From assembly GCA_003507445.1 (NCBI GenBank), contig DNVR01000019.1:206132-270131 (forward strand): 64,000 nucleotides of DNA, in the 5' to 3' direction. The DNA comes from Candidatus Moraniibacteriota bacterium. Its GTDB lineage: Bacteria; Patescibacteriota; Minisyncoccia; Moranbacterales; GWC2-37-73. The position numbers and the translations under genes were made by a program. Below the pieces are notes generated by a model. It made no database searches, was not told the DNA's origin, and saw nothing but the letters and a program-made list of their open reading frames with translations. Positions within the stretch are counted from its first letter, which is position 1. Each line of letters begins with the position of its first letter. Below are positions 56,117-63,373 of this stretch, in pieces.

Positions 56117-56482
56117 ATGAATCATCTTGGAAGAACAAGAAAATTTAGCAGAGTGAAAAAACAACGAGTAGCGCTTCTTAAAACGCTCTTGGGTAGTTTT
56201 ATTATGAAAGAAAAGATAACAACCACAGAAGCAAAGGCAAAAGAAATCAAGCCAATGATGGATAAGCTTATCACGAAAGTGAAAAAGATTTCTAATGATG
56301 AGACGAAAAAGGTTGCTGTGCTTAGAGATTTGAGAAAAAACCTTCCTTTGGTTGCTGTTAAAAAGCTTTCTGGTGAGTTTGCCCAGAAGTTTTCTCAGCG
56401 TCAAAGCGGTTATACTCGAATTATGAAAATCGCACAAAGAAAGAGCGATGGAGCACAAATGGCAGTAATAGAATTTGTATAA
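56117..56482 (+). CDS. rplQ: 50S ribosomal protein L17
   Basis: MNHLGRTRKFSR...SGYTRIMKIAQRKSD. Confidence 0.85.
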   Translation: MNHLGRTRKFSRVKKQRVALLKTLLGSFIMKEKITTTEAKAKEIKPMMDKLITKVKKISNDETKKVAVLRDLRKNLPLVAVKKLSGEFAQKFSQRQSGYTRIMKIAQRKSDGAQMAVIEFV

Positions 56483-56487
56483 ATAAA

Positions 56488-56587
56488 CTCATAGAACATA
56501 CAGCATAGAACATAGAGCATTGGAATTATAAAAAGAAATCGTGAGAAAGTAGATTTTTGTTCCATGTTATGTGTTACGTGTTTCATG
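56488..56587. repeat. CATG-rich intergenic hairpin element (rplQ-rplM spacer)
   Basis: catagaacatacagcatagaacatagagcat ... tttttgttccatgttatgtgttacgtgtttcatg. Confidence 0.6.
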
Positions 56588-56595
56588 AAATAGTT

Positions 56596-56988
56596 ATGAA
56601 CAGACAATATCATCTCTTTGATGCTCAGGGAAAAGTGCTAGGAAGGCTGGCAACTGAAATTGCAAAGATATTAAGTGGCCGAAATAAAGTTGACTACGTT
56701 CCTCATATTGATGGAGGGGATTTTGTTATTGTTATCAATGCGGACAAAGTTCGTGTTACTGGTAACAAAATGGAAGGAAAGATTTACCACAAATACAGTG
56801 GATATCCTGGTGGAATTTCATCAATTGCGCTTAAGGATTTGTTGGTTAAGGATGCTGGTAAAGTTATCCAAAACGCTGTATATGGAATGCTTCCAAAAAA
56901 CAAACTTAGAGACAAGATGATGCTTCGCTTGACTGCTGTCGCCGGAGAAGATCATGGATGTAAAACGACTATTAATATAACACATTAA
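56596..56988 (+). CDS. rplM: 50S ribosomal protein L13
   Basis: start at MNRQYHLFDA (the ORF-track start lies in the hairpin repeat); GKVLGRLATEIAKIL. Confidence 0.85.
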   Translation: MNRQYHLFDAQGKVLGRLATEIAKILSGRNKVDYVPHIDGGDFVIVINADKVRVTGNKMEGKIYHKYSGYPGGISSIALKDLLVKDAGKVIQNAVYGMLPKNKLRDKMMLRLTAVAGEDHGCKTTINITH

Positions 56989-57071
56989 TCATAAAACATA
57001 GAACATAAAGCATATAACATGAAATGCGGATTCAGAATTTTTGTTCCATGATCCATGTTCCATGTTCTGTG
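56989..57071. repeat. CATG-rich intergenic hairpin element (rplM-rpsI spacer)
   Basis: tcataaaacatagaacataaagcatataacatg-aaatgcggattcagaatttttgttccatg-atccatgttccatgttctgtg. Confidence 0.6.
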
Positions 57072-57079
57072 ACCAAGAT

Positions 57080-57667
57080 ATGGCAGTAAAAAAAGTAGAG
57101 AAAACTGAAAAAGTTGTAAAACCTAAGACAGCCAAGGTTGCAAAGCCAAAGGCTGAGAAGGTTGTTAAGGCTGCAAAAAAAGTTGTCAAAAAAGAAGTGG
57201 CTCCGGTGGCTGTTGAAAAGGTTGCTGCCGTTCCGGTTGTTAAGGAAAAGGTTGCAAAGAAGATCGCTGGTGTTTATTTTTATGCTGTTGGACGAAGAAA
57301 AACTTCTGTTGCTCAAGTACGCTTGTATGAAAATGACAAAGCTACAGAAAATGATATTATTATCAATGACAAGAAATTGAAAGATTATTTTCCAACAATT
57401 TCACTTCAGAACAATTTGCTTTCACCGCTTAAGGCTGTTGGAATGCACAACAAATTTTCAATGACAGTATTGGTGCGAGGAGGAGGAGTGACTGGTCAAG
57501 TTGAAGCAGTTCGCTTGGGAATCGCTCGCGCATTGGTTGTTTTCAATGCTGAACTCAAAAAGACTTTGAAAGATCTTGGACTTATGACTAGAGATGCCAG
57601 AGAGGTTGAACGAAAGAAAGCCGGACTCAAAAAAGCCCGCAAAGCTCCACAGTGGGCAAAACGATAA
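57080..57667 (+). CDS. rpsI: 30S ribosomal protein S9 with ~60-aa Lys/Ala/Val-rich N-terminal extension
   Basis: core GRRKTSVAQVRL...RGGGVTGQVEAVRLGIARAL...KKARKAPQWAKR; extension of KVVKPKTAKVAKPKAEK repeats. Confidence 0.85.
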   Translation: MAVKKVEKTEKVVKPKTAKVAKPKAEKVVKAAKKVVKKEVAPVAVEKVAAVPVVKEKVAKKIAGVYFYAVGRRKTSVAQVRLYENDKATENDIIINDKKLKDYFPTISLQNNLLSPLKAVGMHNKFSMTVLVRGGGVTGQVEAVRLGIARALVVFNAELKKTLKDLGLMTRDAREVERKKAGLKKARKAPQWAKR

Positions 57668-57684
57668 CAAAAAAATTCAAAAGG

Positions 57685-57707
57685 CTCCCATTTCGGGAGT
57701 TTTTTTG
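57685..57707 (+). terminator. rho-independent terminator after rpsI
   Basis: ctcccatttcgggag followed by TTTTTTT. Confidence 0.7.
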
Positions 57708-57715
57708 TTTCGTTT

Positions 57716-57930
57716 TGCATACTGTGGACAGAAAAGGGGTCGGGAAAAACTGGGTTTTCCCGCGGCGGAAGTTTGAAACCGCTGGGTTTCAAGGAGCGAA
57801 GCGACTCCACATCGGGCAAAACGTTAGGGCACGAATTTTCACGGATTTGGGCTCACGGATTTTCACGAATCACGGATCAAAATACTTTACATATCAATAC
57901 TCAAAAAACGCCTCAAACAAGGCGTTTTTT
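57716..57930 (+). ncRNA. candidate GC-rich small RNA bounded by two terminators
   Basis: about 215 nt, GC far above local average; hairpins CGGGAAAAC-ugg-GUUUUCCCG and GCGG...CCGC; three CACGGAU repeats; ends in terminator aaaacgcctcaaacaaggcgtttttt (57903-57930); no ORF with RBS. Confidence 0.3.
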
Positions 57931-58039
57931 GTATGTGGAAAATTTACTATTGACTTTTAGCTGAAAAAGGAGTATAATAGCAGGTTGTTTAAAATAAATG
58001 TTTGCAAATGCAAACTTCATAAGAAAGAGGGGTAAAATC

Positions 58040-58468
58040 ATGAAATCATTGGCTCAGCAGTTAATCGAAAAGGGATTGGCTCCAAAAGATTCTCTCAAAA
58101 AGTCCAAAATTACAGAGAGGATGATTGAAGGTCAGCATCTTAAATCGTCTGGATTCCAAAGAATAACTTCAATTGTCAGATCAATCGATGATTTGGAGAA
58201 ATGCCAGAGCGTGAGGGAATTCAAGGAGGCAGCAAGAGAAATAGTGTTGTCTGATATCTCCAGCATTAGCGCCATCGTAAAAAAAGCTCATATGCTTAAG
58301 GATGGGGATGGTGGCAAGCGGTTAATTGGTATGATGTATGCTCTCAGGGAAGGGCTTAGTAGGGCGCCAACCTCAGATCATGACCGCATGATCAGGCAAG
58401 CTTTTCGAAAAGCAGGGGGAGTGGTTAATCTACCTGGTAATGAAAGAAAAAAGAAAGGCAAAAAATAA
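58040..58468 (+). CDS. hypothetical protein
   Basis: 142 aa from MKSLAQQL, preceded by AGAGGGGT RBS; no recognisable motif. Confidence 0.4.
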   Translation: MKSLAQQLIEKGLAPKDSLKKSKITERMIEGQHLKSSGFQRITSIVRSIDDLEKCQSVREFKEAAREIVLSDISSISAIVKKAHMLKDGDGGKRLIGMMYALREGLSRAPTSDHDRMIRQAFRKAGGVVNLPGNERKKKGKK

Positions 58469-58491
58469 AATAGTTGTCTTATTAAGACCAG

Positions 58492-58530
58492 CCGTTACAT
58501 TTCGTAGATTCGAAGTGTAACGGTTTTTTT
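58492..58530 (+). terminator. rho-independent terminator (long hairpin + T7)
   Basis: ccgttacatttcgtagattcgaagtgtaacgg ttttttt; lies between convergent genes. Confidence 0.7.
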
Positions 58531-58607
58531 ATACCAAAAAACGCACCTCACAATACGTTTTTTCTTTTTGCATTTTTTCCTAACACCTAAAACCTAGAAC
58601 CTAACAC

Positions 58608-60110
58608 CTAGTTCTGCACTGTGCTGGTCCCAGTCGTAGGGAAGAAGTTTTGTAGGAATGTTGTGCGTTCGGGGAAATAGATGGCGTGGAGAGAATTTTG
58701 TCCTTGTTCGTTCTTTTCAGTGTAATACAGCTTACCATCTGTAAAGTTGTTTACCAAAAGGGAAGTGCTATCGTTGAGTGAAAGCACGTCCATCATATTG
58801 CGTTGATCGCGGTTGTCGATTTCGATTAATTTGATTTTGTTGTTGTTTGTAAAGAGTATATGCTCATAATCTCTGGTCCATTGAACATTTCCAATTGTGT
58901 CTGAGAATTTGGTGATGGACATTGTTTCATCTTCATTTCGAATTGGTTGCACTTCCCATTTTCTGACAAAATAGGCGGAAATTTCATTTTTGTTCCAAAA
59001 GAGCAATTTTTTGCCATCGTCGGAAAATTGACTGCCCGTGGCATTATCGGAGAGTTGTTTGAAATAAACATCGCCTTCTTCGCCTTTGTTATATGTGTAT
59101 AAATCGTTGCTCTTGTTGAGGAACACGATGCGGTCTTCGTCATATATGATGATTTGATATGAAGGGTCGTTCATATTGGAAGGACCAGAAGTGGTGATTT
59201 GAGTTGGAGTGTTGGTGGCATCAAAACTTGTTTCATATATGATGCCTTCAGGCAGCTGGAAGTAAAAAAGATTTTTTGGTGTCAGGTCATAGCTGGCAAT
59301 ATTTTGAGCTACAAGTTTTTTATTTTGCAGGTCATTAAGATCCAATCTATATAAATTGTTGTCTGACATATAGAAAAGCACATCTTTGCTTTTTGGATCC
59401 CAGCGCGAATGAGAAAGATTGTTGTCGCCCGTCAAATCTCTGAGATTGACAGTGTCCTGTGAATTATCGACTGAGGCGATAAAATAATTTTTTTCGTTTT
59501 CTTTATTGATAGCGGGAATGATAAGTCTGTGCGCCTCAGGAGACCATTCAATGTTTTCTTTTTCATTGGTTGTAAAAATGTAATCATCTGCGGCAAAAAC
59601 TTGAGTCATCGCAAGTGTTTCAGGGTCAAAAATTTTCACGAAAAAGACATTTTCAACCTGCTGAGAAAAAGCTGCCAAATTTTTACGAGGTGAAATGAAG
59701 AATTTCTGAATACCAGCGGATTCATAGTCTTCGCGAGCATAAGAATCTTGAGTAAGAACAATGTTCCAAAATTCTGTGGAAATTCCGCTGTGCACTGATA
59801 TTTTTTTTGACCAACTTTTATAACCAGGAGATTTTACTTCAAGCAGATAATTCCCAGGGTTGACGCCTCCTATGTGATAAGAGTTATTGATGCGATTGAA
59901 CGATTTTGAAGGCATCAATATTCCATCTACATATACATCGACTTGTTGAGGGGTTGTTTTCATCGTGATAGATCCGGCATATACAAAAATTCCACTTTCA
60001 AAATTGAAGCGGTATCCAAAGGCATATCCTATAATAGAGGCTGCAGTAAGCCAAAAAAGGACCACAAGTGTCCAGAAAAAGATTGTTTTAGGCATTTCTG
60101 ATTTGTCCAT
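58608..60110 (-). CDS. PEGA-domain / TolB-like beta-propeller membrane-anchored protein
   Basis: 500 aa; N-terminal TM; PEGA-like VYVDGILMPSKS...GNYLLEVKSPGYKSW; WD40/TolB-like repeats downstream. Confidence 0.55.
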   Translation of the reverse strand: MDKSEMPKTIFFWTLVVLFWLTAASIIGYAFGYRFNFESGIFVYAGSITMKTTPQQVDVYVDGILMPSKSFNRINNSYHIGGVNPGNYLLEVKSPGYKSWSKKISVHSGISTEFWNIVLTQDSYAREDYESAGIQKFFISPRKNLAAFSQQVENVFFVKIFDPETLAMTQVFAADDYIFTTNEKENIEWSPEAHRLIIPAINKENEKNYFIASVDNSQDTVNLRDLTGDNNLSHSRWDPKSKDVLFYMSDNNLYRLDLNDLQNKKLVAQNIASYDLTPKNLFYFQLPEGIIYETSFDATNTPTQITTSGPSNMNDPSYQIIIYDEDRIVFLNKSNDLYTYNKGEEGDVYFKQLSDNATGSQFSDDGKKLLFWNKNEISAYFVRKWEVQPIRNEDETMSITKFSDTIGNVQWTRDYEHILFTNNNKIKLIEIDNRDQRNMMDVLSLNDSTSLLVNNFTDGKLYYTEKNEQGQNSLHAIYFPERTTFLQNFFPTTGTSTVQN

Positions 60111-60249
60111 ACTGGTAAGTATTATATCTTTTATTTATAATTTTGTCCACTGTGAAAAATCCTTGCGAATACTGATAAATACGAGTAAAATATACACATA
60201 AGCTGACAAATTTAATATTGTAGGACTTACGCATTTTCTCAACAATTTT

Positions 60250-60310
60250 CTAGCGAAGCCGAGTGAAATGAAAGTACTCTTTCAATTTCCGAGCGAGCGA
60301 CGAAAAGCTC
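60250..60310. repeat. inverted copy of the 57-bp palindromic repeat seen at 7286-7342
   Basis: ctagcgaagccgagtgaaatgaaagtactctttcaatttccgagcgagcgacgaaaagctc. Confidence 0.55.
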
Positions 60311-60432
60311 ATTTCTTTTTTGGCACGCTTTTGGATAAATACTCAATATCCAAAAGCTCAAAGAGTCGCTGTCGCCAACTATTGGCCAAAAAAGAAATGT
60401 TTCGAAACGCGTAACCCCTTTATTTATACTTT

Positions 60433-60930
60433 ATGCAATTGGACAAACTTTTTTCAAATTTTGGGCTGGCGAGCAGTGCTGCTGAGTTGGTAACCTTGAT
60501 CTTGGTTCTCTTGGTTTTGAGCACACTTTTTTGGCTTTTGGTTGGGCGTTTTCGTTTGCACAATTTTTTGATTAATATGTATATTTCTCTTGCAATTTTG
60601 CAAGTTATCCCAAAAGACGTGATGGCTTTTTCTAAAAATTCTTCTATTTTAGTTTTTCTTATTTCCGTTGTTTTGCTTACTTTGCTGAACAAATATTTGT
60701 TTGATATTCATCAATCAGGCAGTGGTCTTGCACTTTGGCAAGTTTTTGTGATGAGTTTTTTTGAAGTGGTTCTTTTGCTTAGCATTGTTATTTCGTTTTT
60801 GCCAGCCAAAGAGGTTACATCGTATATTTCTAAAAATTCCCTGAATTACTTCATTGATCCTATATGGCGCTTGGTCTGGATGATTGCACCTCTAGCCTTC
60901 TTGGTATTTGTCAGAAAAAGAGAGAGATAG
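60433..60930 (+). CDS. hypothetical integral membrane protein
   Basis: 165 aa; 4-5 TM helices. Confidence 0.4.
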   Translation: MQLDKLFSNFGLASSAAELVTLILVLLVLSTLFWLLVGRFRLHNFLINMYISLAILQVIPKDVMAFSKNSSILVFLISVVLLTLLNKYLFDIHQSGSGLALWQVFVMSFFEVVLLLSIVISFLPAKEVTSYISKNSLNYFIDPIWRLVWMIAPLAFLVFVRKRER

Positions 60931-61000
60931 GGTAGGGGTTGACCTTAATTTTTATATCAGATATAATTAACAGCGTTGACTTAATATTTCAAAAATGAGC

Positions 61001-61073
61001 GGGCACATAGCTCAGTTGGTAGAGCAGCGGCCTTTTAAGCCGATGGTCGGGGGTTCGAATCCCTCTGTGCCCA
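61001..61073 (+). tRNA. tRNA-Lys (anticodon UUU)
   Basis: manual fold: 7-bp acceptor GGGCACA/UGUGCCC, D-arm GCUC/GAGC, anticodon loop CUUUUAA, T-arm GGGGG-UUCGAAU-CCCUC, discriminator A; no encoded CCA. Confidence 0.9.
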
Positions 61074-61112
61074 CAAAAACGAAAATCCCTTTTGGGATTT
61101 TTTTGTTTTTGT
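61067..61112. repeat. 46-bp direct repeat 1 (tRNA-Lys 3' end + terminator hairpin)
   Basis: gtgcccacaaaaacgaaaatcccttttgggatttttttgtttttgt; identical copy at 61268-61313; followed by inverted tRNA fragment gcacagagggattcgaac (61113-61130). Confidence 0.7.
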
Positions 61113-61267
61113 GCACAGAGGGATTCGAACGGGCAGAAGCTAAGCAAGTTGACTTTCAGCAGAAAGGCAACGCAGCGTGCGTCGATGAATGCGAGGAATA
61201 CGAGCATTCAGCGCTGCCCAGGACAAGGAGCACGTGAGCGGCGGCGAACGAGCGACGCGCGCAGAGT

Positions 61268-61313
61268 GTGCCCACAAAAACGAAAATCCCTTTTGGGATT
61301 TTTTTGTTTTTGT
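61268..61313. repeat. 46-bp direct repeat 2 (att-like duplicate of tRNA-Lys 3' end + terminator)
   Basis: brackets a 155-bp GC-rich segment (61113-61267). Confidence 0.7.
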
Positions 61314-61396
61314 ACTAAACCAACACTTCTGGATTCTTTCTGATTTCTTTGCTATAATTCAAATATTAAGGGGCGATTATAAACATAAAAAATTCA

Positions 61397-61536
61397 CCCT
61401 GTTAAATAATTTTAAAAAATAGTAATTTTTTAAAATTAAGATTTGGGTGATAAGCAGCTTCTGTATTAGCATAAAAAAGCTTAAATTTGAATAAGTTGGT
61501 TCTATAGATGATAGACCCAAATCTTATTTAACAGGG
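61397..61536 (+). promoter_or_regulatory. long structured 5' leader (nested inverted repeats CCCTGTTAAAT...ATTTAACAGGG) upstream of lipoprotein gene
   Basis: 11-bp perfect arms 118 nt apart; inner arms aagatttgggt/acccaaatctt; 3' arm abuts ATG 61540. Confidence 0.4.
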
Positions 61537-61539
61537 TAA

Positions 61540-62604
61540 ATGATAAAAAAAATATTATTAGTCATTCCAATAATTGCAATGACAACTCTTCTTTCTGGTT
61601 GTAGTTTTGGCGAGAGTTTTACGCCAGCCAAGATTACAATGGAAAATGCCACTGTGATTAAAACTGAAGATGGTGGTGCAAGTTGGAATCCAAAAATAAG
61701 AATTGATGACAAAAAAACCATCTCGGGAGTGGATGTTTTATCAATGGCAATACACCCAAACAATCCAAATATAATTTATATCGGAACAATGTCTAATGGG
61801 TTGTTCGTTTCAAAGGATGCGGGAGAAAGTTGGACTGCAGTGGCATATCCTGGCAAAGCATATGGCTTGGTTTTTGATCCAGCAAATCCTGATGTGATGT
61901 ATGGCAGTGGTGTTTTCAATGGACGAGCAAAAATATTCAAACGACTTGCTGAGGGTCAAGAATGGAAAGAGGTTTATACTGAACCAGCAGATGGCACCGT
62001 CATTTCTTCACTTGCAATTAGCAAAGTTAATTCTAATATTCTTTATGCGGGAACAAATGCAGGGATTATTATAAAAACAACTGATGGCGGACAAACTTGG
62101 GTTAATTTGAAAATCAATCAAGACATCAACTCGCCAATCACGAGCATCGTTTTCGATCAGGCAAATGACCAACACGTGTTCTTTGCTCTTTTTCAAGAAG
62201 GAGTTTTGGAAACAAAAAATGCTGGAGCAACCATTGAAAATATCACTGATCAAATTGACACAAAAGGTAACACCACAAGCGTATATAGTCTTGTGGCTGA
62301 TCCATATTTGGGCGGAGTTGCATATGCTGGCACGGAAGCGGGAATTTTTCGCAGAAATGCGGATGGTTCTTGGAGTTCAATGAATTTGATTGAAAGTTCA
62401 AAAGCTTTTGCAATCAGATCAATTGCAGTAAATCCAAAAAATTCCAAGGAAATTATGTATTCTTCGGCTAAGGCGATTTATAAATCAACAGATGGTGGAG
62501 CAAAATGGGCAACATTTCAATTGGATACTGCCAAGGAAATTAGTATTTTGAAATATGATGTAACAGATCCTGCAAAAATTTATGCCGGACTTAGGAGTTT
62601 TTAA
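61540..62604 (+). CDS. BNR/Asp-box repeat (Ycf48-like beta-propeller) lipoprotein
   Basis: 354 aa; lipobox LLSGC; repeated DGG.sW motifs (TEDGGASWN, KDAGESWT, TTDGGQTWV, STDGGAKWA). Confidence 0.65.
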   Translation: MIKKILLVIPIIAMTTLLSGCSFGESFTPAKITMENATVIKTEDGGASWNPKIRIDDKKTISGVDVLSMAIHPNNPNIIYIGTMSNGLFVSKDAGESWTAVAYPGKAYGLVFDPANPDVMYGSGVFNGRAKIFKRLAEGQEWKEVYTEPADGTVISSLAISKVNSNILYAGTNAGIIIKTTDGGQTWVNLKINQDINSPITSIVFDQANDQHVFFALFQEGVLETKNAGATIENITDQIDTKGNTTSVYSLVADPYLGGVAYAGTEAGIFRRNADGSWSSMNLIESSKAFAIRSIAVNPKNSKEIMYSSAKAIYKSTDGGAKWATFQLDTAKEISILKYDVTDPAKIYAGLRSF

Positions 62605-62654
62605 TAATATTCAGAACCTAAAACCTAATAACTAAAACCTAATAACTAAAAAAT

Positions 62655-63212
62655 ATGTACAATGAAATTATAAACCTGCATAAAGAAGACTTGAAAAAGT
62701 CAGTTGAACATTTTAAAAATGAAGCGGGAAAAATTAGAACTGGTCGTGCTAATCCATCTTTGGTGGAGGATTTGTTGGTGGACTATTATGGAGCAAAAAC
62801 TCCGCTTAAGCAGATCGCTAGTATCAACACTCCTGAGCCGAGAACTATTGCCATTCAACCGTGGGACAGAGGTGCTCTCGGCGCCATTGAAACAGCTATT
62901 CGAAATTCTGATTTGAATATGAATCCTACTAACGATGGAGTGTTGGTGCGAATCAACATCCCAATGCTTACAGAAGAACGAAGAAAGGAAATGGTAAAAA
63001 TGCTCAATCAAAAAGGCGAGGAAGCTCGTATTGCTGTTCGTTCGATTCGCGAAGAAATTTTAAAAGAAATTAAAGATGCTGAAAAAGCAGGCGAAATTTC
63101 TGAGGACGATGAGTTTGCTGGCAAAGAAAAATTGCAAGTAGTTGTTGATGAATATAACAAAAAAATTGAAGAACTCCGCGCCAAAAAAGAAGTGGAGATA
63201 ATGACAGTGTAG
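62655..63212 (+). CDS. frr: ribosome recycling factor
   Basis: 185 aa; KTGRANPSLVEDLLVDYYG, three-helix bundle C-terminus. Confidence 0.9.
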   Translation: MYNEIINLHKEDLKKSVEHFKNEAGKIRTGRANPSLVEDLLVDYYGAKTPLKQIASINTPEPRTIAIQPWDRGALGAIETAIRNSDLNMNPTNDGVLVRINIPMLTEERRKEMVKMLNQKGEEARIAVRSIREEILKEIKDAEKAGEISEDDEFAGKEKLQVVVDEYNKKIEELRAKKEVEIMTV

Positions 63213-63373
63213 GTATAAAATATCCAATATCTAATATCTAATTTCCAATAAAAAAAATAATTCTAAATTTCAAAAACTTAGAAATTGAATAATTGGAAAT
63301 TTTGTTAGAAATTAGGAATTAGTAATTAGATATTAAAATCCTTAATTGGTATAAAAAATAATAATAAAAAATC

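Noticed and set aside
57716-57930. Assignment of the GC-rich candidate sRNA to tmRNA, SRP RNA, 6S or RNase P
   Set aside because: It lacks the tRNA-like 3' end and tag ORF of tmRNA, the SRP domain IV motif, and RNase P P4 sequences. Left as an unclassified candidate.
60989-61343. ORFs 60989..61207(-), 60995..61237(+), 61092..61343(+) predicted over the tRNA-Lys locus
   Set aside because: They translate the tRNA gene and the GC-rich att-like insert (e.g. MSGHIAQLVEQRPFKPMVGGSNPS is a read-through of the tRNA). No RBS, and the region is explained by tRNA plus repeats.
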